A DNA stretch of 64,000 bases, from positions 32,001 to 96,000 of the IMG/VR virus record IMGVR_UViG_3300042924_004713, one strand, 5' to 3'. The notes beneath the pieces are model-generated. The model saw only the letters and a program-made list of their open reading frames with translations, was not told the origin of the DNA and ran no database searches. Below are positions 10,229-20,474 of the stretch, one piece after another; within the stretch, counting starts at the first letter, position 1, and each line of letters begins with the position of its first letter. The translations under genes were made by a program, and so were the position numbers. The DNA comes from a virus.

Positions 10229-11744
10229 TCTAACTGCTGCACAAAACGACTATGCTGTGTTTCTTCCAGCAGTGAGTAGTTTTTACAGTACCTATATAGG
10301 ACGTCAACGCTATGAACAGTATGTAGAAGCCACACGCATGCCTGCAGGCATTCCTGACATGGAAATGATGAACTTCTTTAATGATCAAAAGGCATTGTTT
10401 CCTTATCGTTGGGCACTGTATTCTGCAGGACATGCCAATCTGGATCTTACCAAACCAGATCCACGTGAAGACATGATGCGTAATCGAGGTAGTCACACAA
10501 CTCTACTCTGTGACTCTGGTGGATTTCAGATTGCCAAGGGTGTATGGGAGGGAGACTGGCGAGATCCTAAATGTCCGCGAGCTCAAAAGAAACGCGAAGC
10601 AGCACTGAAGTGGCTTGATGGCATGGCTGACTATGGCATGACCTTGGATATTCCCACATGGACTGCCAATGTACCTGGCGCTACAGAAAAAACAGGCATT
10701 AGAGACTACAACGATGCTGTTGCGGCTACACACTATAACAATGAATATTTCATTAAACATCGTCGTGGTGTTGCAGAAGGTGGCACACGTTTCTTGAACG
10801 TTTTGCAAGGAGCCAATCATACCGAAGCAGACGCATGGTATGATCTAATGAAACAGTATTGTGATCCCAAAAAATATCCTGGGCGCCATTTCAACGGCTG
10901 GGGCATGGGAGGACAAAACATGTGTGATGTGCATCTGGTTCTCAAAAGAATAATCACATTGATACATGACGGCTTGTTAGAAAAGGGTGTACATGACTGG
11001 ATGCACTTTTTAGGTACCTCCAAACTTGAGTGGGCAGTATTGCTTACAATCATACAACGCTCAGTACGGCGATACCACAACTCCGACTTCACCATTTCAT
11101 TTGACTGTGCTAGTCCATTTTTGGCCACAGCCAATGGACAACTATATCACACCATTACCACAAAAGATCGAGATAAATGGAGTTATCAAATGAGTCCCAC
11201 AGCAGACAACAAAAAGTTTGCCACTGACTCTAGATCATTCCGTGATGCTGTGATGCAAGAAGGTATTCATCCTGCGTTTGAAGATTCTCCAATATCTGCT
11301 AGACTAAAAATATCCGACGTGTGTGTATACAAGCCTGGCGACCTAAACAAAATTGGCAAGGAAGGACGCACATCATGGGATAGTTTCAGTTATGCCTTGC
11401 TCATGGGACACAATGTGTGGATGCATATCGAAGCCGTACAACGTGCCAACCGAGAGTTTGACACAGGAACATCTCCAGACATGCTGGTGCATCCTCTCAA
11501 TTCAGACTATGATGTGGCAAAAATTATTGATCAAATATTTGCCGCACGTGATCGACAACGCAGTCTACAGATCATAGATGATCATGCTCGTGTGTGGGAA
11601 CGAGTGATTGGGACTCGCGGTTTCACTGGTAAACGAGCAGTCAATGCCAACTCAATGTTCAACAGTCTGTTTGAAACAGTTGAAGACATCGAAACCACAG
11701 ATGAATTGGATCAGGCCAAACTGGATGCATTGGAAGCTGAGTAA
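10206..11744 (+). CDS. dpdA: DpdA-like DNA-guanine transglycosylase (TGT family)
   Basis: DSGGFQI, MTLDIP, LNVLQG, HFLG, SFDCASP TGT-fold motifs; folE/queD/queE nearby. Confidence 0.8.
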   Translation: MKTDNQHDLTAAQNDYAVFLPAVSSFYSTYIGRQRYEQYVEATRMPAGIPDMEMMNFFNDQKALFPYRWALYSAGHANLDLTKPDPREDMMRNRGSHTTLLCDSGGFQIAKGVWEGDWRDPKCPRAQKKREAALKWLDGMADYGMTLDIPTWTANVPGATEKTGIRDYNDAVAATHYNNEYFIKHRRGVAEGGTRFLNVLQGANHTEADAWYDLMKQYCDPKKYPGRHFNGWGMGGQNMCDVHLVLKRIITLIHDGLLEKGVHDWMHFLGTSKLEWAVLLTIIQRSVRRYHNSDFTISFDCASPFLATANGQLYHTITTKDRDKWSYQMSPTADNKKFATDSRSFRDAVMQEGIHPAFEDSPISARLKISDVCVYKPGDLNKIGKEGRTSWDSFSYALLMGHNVWMHIEAVQRANREFDTGTSPDMLVHPLNSDYDVAKIIDQIFAARDRQRSLQIIDDHARVWERVIGTRGFTGKRAVNANSMFNSLFETVEDIETTDELDQAKLDALEAE

Positions 11745-11810
11745 ACTGAGTTTGACATAATTTGTGTTGTGTTATAAAATTGCAATAGATTATTTGTGAC
11801 AGGAAAAAGA

Positions 11811-12020
11811 ATGTACCAAGATCAAATACGCCAACTAGAAGTTCAACATCGAGACCTAGACAACAAGATTGACACACTGGAAAAAACCGGCATCTATGAA
11901 GACCTGCGTTTGCAAGAGCTCAAAAAACGCAGACTCATGGTACGAGATCAACTCAGTGAACTAAGACGCAGACAGTTTGAACACGATCACGAACGAGTTA
12001 ATTACGACGATTATGAATAG
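11811..12020 (+). CDS. DUF465/YdcH-like small coiled-coil protein
   Basis: LEVQHRDLDNKI...LKKRRLMVRDQL; promoter TTGACA-N17-TAAAAT at 11752-11780. Confidence 0.7.
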   Translation: MYQDQIRQLEVQHRDLDNKIDTLEKTGIYEDLRLQELKKRRLMVRDQLSELRRRQFEHDHERVNYDDYE

Positions 12021-12543
12021 ATTAGGACATCACAACGCCAACTTCTTTATTGGTAATGAAGTTGAGCATACACCCGCACACGGCAAGCGAACTCTGTTTG
12101 TGGTTGGGTATCAACCCGTGGAAGATATACAGGCAGTGTTAGATGAACACAACAGTTGGACAGACCCTGCTCTACATATCAAGCATATCTTTTTTGGTGC
12201 CAATGACAGCTATCATCCATTGACCAACCCAGATATCGTGGGCTGGGAAAACATCATACACAGTTTTTTGATGCGAGGATACTGGTGTAGTCTTGACATT
12301 CCTTTCAAGTACGTGGCTGAATTCAACGAAAGTGGGCTGTGCGAACACAATCGCTTTATTCCTATAATCAAGGTTCCTGTGCCTTATATCAGATTGTGGA
12401 ACTATAATACCTGTGTGAAAATTGATGACAAAGATTTCGCTGATACCAATCCAGGTGTCTGGGTACACAGACTGCATGACCTCATGCACACAGATTGCTT
12501 TACTGATTGGAGCATGTACAACGACGACAAGGTGACAACATGA
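12013..12543 (+). CDS. Hypothetical protein in the deazaguanine region
   Basis: 176-aa ORF. Confidence 0.65.
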   Translation: MNRLGHHNANFFIGNEVEHTPAHGKRTLFVVGYQPVEDIQAVLDEHNSWTDPALHIKHIFFGANDSYHPLTNPDIVGWENIIHSFLMRGYWCSLDIPFKYVAEFNESGLCEHNRFIPIIKVPVPYIRLWNYNTCVKIDDKDFADTNPGVWVHRLHDLMHTDCFTDWSMYNDDKVTT

Positions 12544-12851
12544 AATGGTTTGATCAATGGTTTATACGTAAATCTAAATGGGCCTGGGAAAACAAACATT
12601 TGGTGCGTGATGCATACGAAAGCGAGGGTAAATTGGTGAGTTCACAAGCAGTGGAAACTGACCTACATGACTTTAACGATGGTTTGAGAATAGCTGTGAA
12701 AAAAGTTATAGGTGGGTCTGTGGTTACATTCAAAACCTACGATAGAAAAATTGATCGTAGCACAGACAGAACCTATATAATCACTAACGAACAAGATTTC
12801 AATACCGAACTTGGTAAGATTATTACCATGGAAAGTATGCGTCAACATTAA
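12540..12851 (+). CDS. Hypothetical protein
   Basis: Coupled ORF. Confidence 0.6.
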   Translation: MKWFDQWFIRKSKWAWENKHLVRDAYESEGKLVSSQAVETDLHDFNDGLRIAVKKVIGGSVVTFKTYDRKIDRSTDRTYIITNEQDFNTELGKIITMESMRQH

Positions 12852-13306
12852 TGCAACAACCTCCAAAAATCCTTTATCGCGTAACCAGTCTCGCTGACAG
12901 ATCGGTTAGAGTTCATCATGTTTTACAGCGTCTGAGTAGGGACCAGGTTGTGCGCATTGACCAGTGGTATATGTGGGGGCAAGGCTTTGTTGCCGAGCAC
13001 ACAGATCTCGCCAGATATACCAAGTTTATTGAATGTGATCCCGAGCTAGGTTACCAGGTAGAAAACGAAGTTGCATCAAACTTTCAGTGGGAAGGACCAG
13101 ACTGGAATGAAAAAGCTCAACATCGCATGCAAAAAGATCTTGCCAAAGGTGGAGTACAAAGAATAGTGGAACAACAAAGCAGTTGGAAGCTGCTTGAAAC
13201 AAAAATATGGATCAATGCACCGTTTAGAGTTGACGAAGTTGACTTTTTAAACAATAATATAGTACTCAAGATTGATGTACCTTACAAAGGACAGATTAGA
13301 GCATGA
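12851..13306 (+). CDS. Hypothetical protein
   Basis: 151-aa coupled ORF. Confidence 0.6.
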   Translation: MQQPPKILYRVTSLADRSVRVHHVLQRLSRDQVVRIDQWYMWGQGFVAEHTDLARYTKFIECDPELGYQVENEVASNFQWEGPDWNEKAQHRMQKDLAKGGVQRIVEQQSSWKLLETKIWINAPFRVDEVDFLNNNIVLKIDVPYKGQIRA

Positions 13307-13788
13307 ACTCACAAGAATACATTGACGTTTTAGAATCACACCTACAGGCCTCATTGGACACTAGGAATCGTATTGTGCAACAGGCCAAAAGACAGATTTG
13401 GGTTACGTTCCGCAAAGAAGGCATTCACAAGTATCCAGCGGCTGCTACTGATCCTAATCTAGCCACAGGAGATGCATATGACGTTTCGTTTTTGGCCAAT
13501 GCACATCGCCATATATTTCATTTTAGGGTGTCAATCGACGTATGGCACAATGACCGTGATATCGAGTTCATCCAATTCAAACGATGGCTGGAATCACTGT
13601 ATTCAGGGCAAGAAAATTGTTTGCGATTGGACTACAAAAGCTGCGAAATGATCGCAGATGACTTATACAATCAGATTGCTCAACGTTACCCAGATCGAGA
13701 TATCTGTATTGAAGTAAGTGAAGATGGTGAAAACGGTTGCTGTGTTTACTACAACACACATCAACCTTCTATGAAAGTAAAAATCTAA
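13303..13788 (+). CDS. QueD-paralog T-fold protein, DpdL-like (putative CDG decarboxylase)
   Basis: LANAHRHIF matches the LxxxHRHxF signature; SCEMIA; VSEDGENG. Confidence 0.7.
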   Translation: MNSQEYIDVLESHLQASLDTRNRIVQQAKRQIWVTFRKEGIHKYPAAATDPNLATGDAYDVSFLANAHRHIFHFRVSIDVWHNDRDIEFIQFKRWLESLYSGQENCLRLDYKSCEMIADDLYNQIAQRYPDRDICIEVSEDGENGCCVYYNTHQPSMKVKI

Positions 13789-13797
13789 AGGACTACT

Positions 13798-13989
13798 ATG
13801 CCTAATCTAAATAAACTAAACAAGGTTAATGAAACAGTATCAATCTATCGCTATGACAACGGTTGGATGGTTGAAGTTGGTGGCCGTGATGACGACGATG
13901 AGTGGGTAACTGCTAAAGTGATTTGCAACACAGAAGTAGAAGTACTTGATTTAATTAAACAATACAATACACTACCATTGGTGAACTAA
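13798..13989 (+). CDS. Hypothetical protein
   Basis: 63 aa, AAGGA SD. Confidence 0.6.
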   Translation: MPNLNKLNKVNETVSIYRYDNGWMVEVGGRDDDDEWVTAKVICNTEVEVLDLIKQYNTLPLVN

Positions 13990-13999
13990 GGAGATTGAA

Positions 14000-14218
14000 A
14001 TGGCCAAGCCTGTAATCAAGCCAAACCCTCGTGTAACTCAAGTGTTTGATGACCTCGAACGTTATCTTGAATTCTGTCAAGAGTTTGGTTACCGTTACAA
14101 TGAAGCAGAACTTTACAACTGGAAGAGCTATGCTTATCAACAGTTTATGAAGTTCTCTCAAGGCAAACCAGTAAAAGACATGTGGTTTCAAGACCAGCGT
14201 AGGCCTGGGAGACCATAA
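14000..14218 (+). CDS. Hypothetical protein
   Basis: 72 aa, AAGGAG SD. Confidence 0.65.
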   Translation: MAKPVIKPNPRVTQVFDDLERYLEFCQEFGYRYNEAELYNWKSYAYQQFMKFSQGKPVKDMWFQDQRRPGRP

Positions 14219-14220
14219 TA

Positions 14221-15423
14221 ATGAAAAAACTTTACTACATGGGGCTTGAAAGTTATCAAGCTCGTTACACTCTACAACTAACTGAATGGAATCGACGTGT
14301 GTTTGAACGTCGTGGGTTAGATGTGGTATATGTTCCAGGCACTGCTATAGACAACTCACAGGCCATATCTGTGGGACAGGTTCTAGACGCACATGGTAGA
14401 AGTTACTTTGGCATGAGCCAAATGATGAATCTCGTGCAAATGCATAAGAACGGAGAGATTAGGCATGATGATGTTATCTACTTTGAGGACATGTTTCAAC
14501 CCGGTATCGAGAGCCTACCTTACATATTTGATCAGGTCCCTCGTGATCAGCGTCCCCGTGTTTTTGTTAGGTGTCTTGCTCAGTCCATTGATCCTGATGA
14601 CTTTGTTCATGTATGGGGTCTTGAAAAGTGGATGGCGCATTACGAACGCATGGTCAATGAGTTCGCTACCGGAATTCTCGCCACAAATGAGGAGATGGTT
14701 GCTCATATGCGTATTGCTGGATGGCGTGCTCCTATCTATAATATTTCTGGCCTAGCATTTGGCAAACAAGAAGTGCTGGAACGCATTGGTGGTTCTGACA
14801 ACATCACTCCATTCAACCAACGTCCCATGAGAGTGGGCTTTGCTGCTCGATTTGATCAAGAAAAGCAGCCAGGCTTTTACATGGACTTGATTGATATGTG
14901 GAACAACCAAGCTGATTTCCCAGTGGAGTTTTGCTTGTTCTCTGGTGGGCCACTGCGTTCGAACAATCCAGAGTATATCGCTCGAGCTCGTGATCTTGAA
15001 GCACAAGGTCTCCTGACCATTCATGAGAATCTAACCAAGAATGATTACTATGATCTGCTCAATAACACGCGAGTTCTTTTCAATTGCGCACTACAAGATT
15101 GGGTGTCAAACACTGTTAGTGAAGCTGATACCCTGGGTTGCAATGTATTATACCCTGCTTATCGTAGCTTCCCAGAAACTTTTGCAAATGATCCCAACCG
15201 TCTTTATGTTCCTTGGAGCATTGATGATGCATTCCACAAGCTGGAGAATCTACTGAAAGCACCACATCACAACATGGGCTTGATTTCAGATTGGAACGAT
15301 GGCACAGTGGATCGTGTGGTCGATATCATACTAGGACATGGTGAACAATGGAATCGCAGCGGCAATCGCTACAGAGATCATTTGCCCGGTGACAAATATC
15401 ATGTTAGAAAAATAGGTGAGTAA
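14221..15423 (+). CDS. GT-B fold glycosyltransferase
   Basis: ARFDQEKQP; NCALQDWVSNTVSEADTLGC (GT4-like C-terminal motif). Confidence 0.75.
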   Translation: MKKLYYMGLESYQARYTLQLTEWNRRVFERRGLDVVYVPGTAIDNSQAISVGQVLDAHGRSYFGMSQMMNLVQMHKNGEIRHDDVIYFEDMFQPGIESLPYIFDQVPRDQRPRVFVRCLAQSIDPDDFVHVWGLEKWMAHYERMVNEFATGILATNEEMVAHMRIAGWRAPIYNISGLAFGKQEVLERIGGSDNITPFNQRPMRVGFAARFDQEKQPGFYMDLIDMWNNQADFPVEFCLFSGGPLRSNNPEYIARARDLEAQGLLTIHENLTKNDYYDLLNNTRVLFNCALQDWVSNTVSEADTLGCNVLYPAYRSFPETFANDPNRLYVPWSIDDAFHKLENLLKAPHHNMGLISDWNDGTVDRVVDIILGHGEQWNRSGNRYRDHLPGDKYHVRKIGE

Positions 15424-15462
15424 CTTGCTGGCTAAATACTGGCTCTACTCAATAACTCCCCC

Positions 15463-16383
15463 ATGAAAATATTCATTACCGGCAGTAACGGCTTTATCGG
15501 CCAACATCTTTTGCCTTTGTTACAACAACGTCATACTGTGGTTGAGCTTGTTAGCGACCTTAGAGATCATGCCAAGGTTGTAGCTGAACTGCAAGCAGCT
15601 AACCCAGATATAGTAGTACATCTGGCTGCTCGCACCGAAGTTGAAAAAAGTTTTTATGAGCAAGTTACTTTTAGTGACATCAACTACGTGGGCAGTGTTA
15701 ATCTCATCGACGCAGCCAGCAAGTTAAGTAATCTCAAAAACTTTGTGTTTGCTAGTACCATGGAAGTCTATGGCTGGCAACCTATCAGCGATGAAGTCCG
15801 TGATCATGGCAAACCACTTGTGTCATTGGCTTTTGACGAAAACACTGTGCCCAATCCCAATGCTCCTTATGCAGTGGCAAAGCTAGCAGTGGAAAAATAC
15901 TTGGAATATGCTCATCGTGCTCTAGGTCTACCTTTCACAGCATTACGACAAACCAACAGCTATGGTCGTGGTGACAATGACTTCTTTGTAACAGAACAAA
16001 TTGTCACACAGATGTTGCAAGGTCTTGATGTAGTGAAGTTAGGCTATGCCGAACCCTATAGAAACTTTATCTGGATTGAAGATTTGTTGCAAGCCTGGAT
16101 GCAAGTGATTGAAAATCCTGAGCAATGCAATCAAGGCAAGATCTACACCGTGGGTCCTGACAATCCAATCAAGATAAGAGATTATGCAGAAAAGATTGCA
16201 GGCATGATTGGCTGGCAAGGCGAAATAAAATGGAATACCAAGCCGCATCGTCCCGGAGAAATCTACTGGTTAAATTCGGGTACCACAGCTATTACTCGTG
16301 ATCTTGGATGGCGCCCTGTGATTGATATGGACACAGGTTTAGAAAAGACTATAAAAATATGGCGCCAGAAATTCAACAAATAA
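15463..16383 (+). CDS. NAD-dependent epimerase/dehydratase
   Basis: TGSNGFIG, HLAA, YAVAK. Confidence 0.92.
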   Translation: MKIFITGSNGFIGQHLLPLLQQRHTVVELVSDLRDHAKVVAELQAANPDIVVHLAARTEVEKSFYEQVTFSDINYVGSVNLIDAASKLSNLKNFVFASTMEVYGWQPISDEVRDHGKPLVSLAFDENTVPNPNAPYAVAKLAVEKYLEYAHRALGLPFTALRQTNSYGRGDNDFFVTEQIVTQMLQGLDVVKLGYAEPYRNFIWIEDLLQAWMQVIENPEQCNQGKIYTVGPDNPIKIRDYAEKIAGMIGWQGEIKWNTKPHRPGEIYWLNSGTTAITRDLGWRPVIDMDTGLEKTIKIWRQKFNK

Positions 16384-16913
16384 AACAAGGACACATTGAC
16401 CTATCACGGTTTGGTGATTGGCACGAGAACTGTGATTTTGTTACACACCCAGATCCATGGAGTGGATTTAGTCCTGTGTATGCAGTTGATCGAGAACGTT
16501 ATTTTAATATCACTGAGATAGCCATTGCTCGCAACATACCCGAGAGTCTTGAACACTATCTCTCGCAGCAATTTGCTTTTTTGTCCGATAAAGTTTATGC
16601 AGCACATCTAATTCCAGCAGGCAAGATATTACCATGGCATCAAGATGCATATCGAATCTACTGTGAAAAACGAGCAATCACAGATTTATCATTGATCACT
16701 AGAGTAATCATCTTTGTACAGGACTGGAAGGTTGGACACGGTCTACAAGTGGGTGATAGATCCATTGGCACCTGGCAGCGAGGAGATTGGGTGTCATGGC
16801 AAGGCGATACTCCGCATCTAGTGTATAACCTAGGTCAAGATCCAAGATATACCCTGCAGATTACTGGCACAAAAATGTCAAACAATCTTGACCACGACCT
16901 AAATATTCTGTAA
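16359..16913 (+). CDS. Cupin/2OG-Fe(II) oxygenase-like protein
   Basis: PWHQD...PHLVYN...RYTLQITG (HxD..H..R). Confidence 0.6.
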   Translation: MAPEIQQIKQGHIDLSRFGDWHENCDFVTHPDPWSGFSPVYAVDRERYFNITEIAIARNIPESLEHYLSQQFAFLSDKVYAAHLIPAGKILPWHQDAYRIYCEKRAITDLSLITRVIIFVQDWKVGHGLQVGDRSIGTWQRGDWVSWQGDTPHLVYNLGQDPRYTLQITGTKMSNNLDHDLNIL

Positions 16914-16947
16914 ACTAGCAACAGTCATCCTCGACTCAAACTCGGAG
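16888..16947 (+). promoter_or_regulatory. folE promoter and pseudoknot-like 5' UTR
   Basis: TTGACC-N17-TAAACT; AGTC/GACT hairpin whose loop TCC can pair with the SD GGA. Confidence 0.5.
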
Positions 16948-16954
16948 AAAAACA

Positions 16955-17779
16955 TTGTCAAACACTTATACCCCTGATCCACTACTCAACACACCTGTAG
17001 ACACAGAGTTTCAGCCACAAACCTATCAAGATCGATATGTGCCTTTGCCCACAAAGGTCTATGTCAAGGCCGGCGAAGTTGGACGACGCCAAGAATATGT
17101 GTCAGATCTAATCAAAGCTCGGATGAAGACTGATAACAAACGTTTTTGGGCCGGTGACAACATCAGTGACTATATCACAGCAGAACAAAAGAGTCAGCTA
17201 ATTGATGAAGCCACCGAAGCCTTTGAGCTTGTGTTGGATCGATTGTTGATTGATCGTGAAAACGATCCTAACTCACAAGGCACAGCCAGGCGCTTGGCCA
17301 AGATGTACTTCAATGAAATAATGGCAGGTAGATACGAACCAAGTCCCAACGCCACAGCTTTTCCAAACGACACAGAAGATCGTTATGAGGGCATGCTGGT
17401 TGTACGCAGTGAGCTTCGTAGTATGTGTAGTCACCATCACCAACCAGTCAGCGGAGTTGCATATATTGGTATCATTGCTGCGGAAAAACTCATTGGTTTG
17501 TCTAAGTACACTCGTATCGCCCAATGGTGCGCTCGTCGTGGCACACTACAGGAAGAGCTGTGCAATGATATCGCCAGAGAAATCATGAAAGCCACAGGCA
17601 GCAAAAACGTAGGTGTATACATTCAAGCCACACACGGTTGCTGTGAAAATCGCGGCATCATGGCACATTCAAGTCTAACACAAACCACTGTATTGACCGG
17701 AGCTTTCAAAGACGATCCCAGCGTCAAGAAAGAGTTCATGGACAATATCAAACTTCAACAAGAATTCGCTCCGAGGTAA
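16955..17779 (+). CDS. folE: GTP cyclohydrolase I
   Basis: SMCSHHHQP, IGLSKYTR, LQEEL, HGCCENRG. Confidence 0.95.
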   Translation: MSNTYTPDPLLNTPVDTEFQPQTYQDRYVPLPTKVYVKAGEVGRRQEYVSDLIKARMKTDNKRFWAGDNISDYITAEQKSQLIDEATEAFELVLDRLLIDRENDPNSQGTARRLAKMYFNEIMAGRYEPSPNATAFPNDTEDRYEGMLVVRSELRSMCSHHHQPVSGVAYIGIIAAEKLIGLSKYTRIAQWCARRGTLQEELCNDIAREIMKATGSKNVGVYIQATHGCCENRGIMAHSSLTQTTVLTGAFKDDPSVKKEFMDNIKLQQEFAPR

Positions 17780-17781
17780 TC

Positions 17782-17949
17782 ATGGAAATACAACCCAAAG
17801 ACACAAGCAAAGGACATTTTTATGTTAGTCTTGCCAAAAGCGGCATTAGGATATTTGCTGGAGGCGTGTTGATGGTAGGAAACTTTTGGCTAGCAGGAGT
17901 ATGCATCGTACTGGCTGAAGTATTAGGCGTAGTGGAGGAAATAGTATGA
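17782..17949 (+). CDS. Small membrane protein (not in the ORF track)
   Basis: 55 aa MEIQPKDTSKGHFYVSLAKSGIRIF...AEVLGVVEEIV; GAGG SD; overlaps the next start. Confidence 0.7.
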   Translation: MEIQPKDTSKGHFYVSLAKSGIRIFAGGVLMVGNFWLAGVCIVLAEVLGVVEEIV

Positions 17950-18314
17950 GTGTGTTTCTAGACCAGATGGCTTTTATGTTGGCTTGCGATCAAACAGTTG
18001 GCAAGTTCAACCAAGAACAATTCAACATGTATCTAAGCTTGATACAAGAAGAAGCAGACGAACTTGCACAAGCTATCCAACAGCATGACAAAGTTGAAAC
18101 CTTGGATGCATTGATTGACATCTTAGTGGTTACCATTGGTGCTATTCACAGCCTTGGAGTAGATGCCGAGGGAGCCTGGAACGAAGTGTTGGTTAGTAAT
18201 TTGGCCAAGATTGACAAAGACACTGGTAAAGTGCGCAAACGCGAAGATGGCAAAGTTCTTAAACCAGAAGGCTGGCAACCTCCTAATCTTGGAAAATACG
18301 TTCGTCCACTGTAA
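17946..18314 (+). CDS. MazG-like/PRA-PH nucleotide pyrophosphohydrolase
   Basis: IQEEADEL...DALIDILVV...SNLAK...REDGKVLKPEGW. Confidence 0.85.
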   Translation: MSVFLDQMAFMLACDQTVGKFNQEQFNMYLSLIQEEADELAQAIQQHDKVETLDALIDILVVTIGAIHSLGVDAEGAWNEVLVSNLAKIDKDTGKVRKREDGKVLKPEGWQPPNLGKYVRPL

Positions 18315-18324
18315 AGGATTCAGC

Positions 18325-18573
18325 ATGAAGAATGAACTACCAAAAGACTTTTACAAAAACCAAGCCAGTGCTGTGATAGATCGAGTTAGAAATCTCAAAA
18401 CCTGGGAAATCACTAGAGTGCTTGACGAGCCGTTGGAATTTAGAGGAGGTCCTGTGCCTTTTGATATCAAGGCCGATCAAAAACGTGCTTGGTTCAAAGT
18501 GATAGCATTGACCAAACAAGAAGCAGAGCAGATGGTCGATGATTGGATGCGAGGAGCAGACCATGATCTCTGA
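18325..18573 (+). CDS. Hypothetical protein
   Basis: 82 aa, AAGGA SD. Confidence 0.55.
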   Translation: MKNELPKDFYKNQASAVIDRVRNLKTWEITRVLDEPLEFRGGPVPFDIKADQKRAWFKVIALTKQEAEQMVDDWMRGADHDL

Positions 18574-18952
18574 TCTTGATCGTGCTATCGCAGACAAAAG
18601 AGCTCCTTGGACTGAGATAGAACGCACCGAATCTTTGTACACAGTGTTCAGAGATGCATTTGCAGTGACTCCTGGACATTTGTTGTTTGTTCCCGCACAA
18701 GAAACCTGGGAATGTGTTGCGGCCTGCTATCAAGCTGCTTACGAAACTGGAGCAGCCGGTGTGACGCAGGGTCAATGGGACGCTTTTAACATCGGACAAA
18801 ATGTTGGTGAGGCTGCTGGACAAACTGTGATGTATCCACATGTTCACATGATACCACGTAGACAAGGTGATTGTGCTGATCCCACGGGTGGAGTACGTGG
18901 AGTGATTTCCAGTCAACAAAACTACAAACGACCTGGATATATCAAACCATGA
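18563..18952 (+). CDS. HIT family hydrolase
   Basis: AGQTVMYPHVHMIPR. Confidence 0.92.
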   Translation: MISDLDRAIADKRAPWTEIERTESLYTVFRDAFAVTPGHLLFVPAQETWECVAACYQAAYETGAAGVTQGQWDAFNIGQNVGEAAGQTVMYPHVHMIPRRQGDCADPTGGVRGVISSQQNYKRPGYIKP

Positions 18953-19851
18953 AGAAACTTTTGACTATGTTGTTGCTGTTGACTATGTCAGTTTCAGTCA
19001 ACGCTAAAAAATCTACGTCGCATCACCCAGCAGTTTGGGTCTACAACATTACCAAACAAGAGATAGTTACCGCACGGTTTCACAATGAGACCATGCCCAT
19101 TGCCAGTATAACCAAACTCATGACCGCCATGGTATCCTTGGATTATGATCGCGATCTTGAGAGAAAAATCACAATGTTGCCGGGTGGACGACTGCCCGCA
19201 GGTGAACACAGTCGTCGTGATGTAATGACAGCAATGTTGGTGCGCAGTGATAACATAGCAGCCGAAAGCATAGCCAGGGACTATCCTGGAGGTCGTAAAG
19301 ACTTTATCAAGGCCATGAATCGCAAGGCACAGGAGATTGCCATGGTTGGTGCCAGATTCATGGATCCCACAGGACTGAGTTCTAGCAACGAAGCCACTGC
19401 TGGCAGCGTGGGCAACATGGTGCAGATTGCATCACTGTATCCTTTCATTGTGGAAACCAGTGTGAAAAAGCATGTGCTATTTGAGGTCAATAGAAAACGA
19501 AAGATTAGAACAATTTCTATTGACAATACTAACAAGCCCTTGCTTATGGAGTTTGACCAAATACGTGTGAGCAAAACTGGTTTTACAAATTCAGCTGGTT
19601 GGTGTGTGGGCATGTTAGTAGAAAGCAAAGGTCAGGAGTTTGTGATTGTGATTCTTCACAGTGAAAGCAAACAAAAAAGATATGAGCTAGCGAAATCTAC
19701 CATTTACAATAATTTGGTTGATCATGAAGTTGATAATGTGGTCAATGACTCAGATCCCCAACCAGAACCTGCGCCAGAACCAGAAACCATTGACAAAACA
19801 ATTTATAGATGGTATAATAAGTTTTGGCTGTCAATAACCGGCAAATCCTAA
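18949..19851 (+). CDS. D-Ala-D-Ala carboxy/endopeptidase (S11, PBP7-like)
   Basis: Signal peptide; ASITKLM (SxxK), SDN, KTG. Confidence 0.9.
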   Translation: MKKLLTMLLLLTMSVSVNAKKSTSHHPAVWVYNITKQEIVTARFHNETMPIASITKLMTAMVSLDYDRDLERKITMLPGGRLPAGEHSRRDVMTAMLVRSDNIAAESIARDYPGGRKDFIKAMNRKAQEIAMVGARFMDPTGLSSSNEATAGSVGNMVQIASLYPFIVETSVKKHVLFEVNRKRKIRTISIDNTNKPLLMEFDQIRVSKTGFTNSAGWCVGMLVESKGQEFVIVILHSESKQKRYELAKSTIYNNLVDHEVDNVVNDSDPQPEPAPEPETIDKTIYRWYNKFWLSITGKS

Positions 19852-19865
19852 CTGGGAGAAATAAC

Positions 19866-20474
19866 ATGGCTAATTGGAAGGTTTCAACCTACTATAAAAA
19901 GTCCTGCGAAGAACATGAGTACTATTACAAAGATGGTGCTAGTATCATCCGTAAAACAGGTTATCGTTGGAGTAGTTTTTTTATAGAAACAGACGACGAC
20001 AATCCTCCTGAGTTTGAATTTGACTACGTACCAGGGGGCGACGGCAAACTAGACAGCATCAACATGTATGATTGCTGTGTAAACAACATTGTAAATTCAG
20101 AACTTGATTCAATGAGCGATGGCTGTTGGGAAGATATTGAGTTTCCTGAAGACATGGATGAGGAAGAACAAGAACGCTTGCTAGAAGCGTTTGATGAATC
20201 CAGCATCTACGAAGTTCTTGAAGGCGAAGAAGGTTGGAGTCAAAACGATACTGAAGCCTGGGTATGGGGACCAATTCTTATTGAAGACGAACAAGGTAAT
20301 CGTGTGAAAATCATCTGCGCTGACAAACAAGGTCGTGCTGTGGAATTCAAAGAGGATGATGAAGAAGAAATTACCTTTGACGAACTGGCCCAAATCAATC
20401 CCGAAGAACAAGCTGTTCGAGATAGTATGCCTGTATGGCCTTTCCCCACTGGTACTAGCGAGGAATCAAAATGA
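19866..20474 (+). CDS. Highly acidic hypothetical protein
   Basis: D/E-rich 202-aa ORF. Confidence 0.7.
   Translation: MANWKVSTYYKKSCEEHEYYYKDGASIIRKTGYRWSSFFIETDDDNPPEFEFDYVPGGDGKLDSINMYDCCVNNIVNSELDSMSDGCWEDIEFPEDMDEEEQERLLEAFDESSIYEVLEGEEGWSQNDTEAWVWGPILIEDEQGNRVKIICADKQGRAVEFKEDDEEEITFDELAQINPEEQAVRDSMPVWPFPTGTSEESK

Noticed and set aside
10206-11744. TGT as a tRNA queuosine enzyme for the four GUN tRNAs
   Set aside because: It lacks the bacterial TGT C-terminal CxCxxC zinc motif, there is no QueC, QueF or QueA in the window, and it sits beside replication genes. A DNA target is more likely, though not proven.
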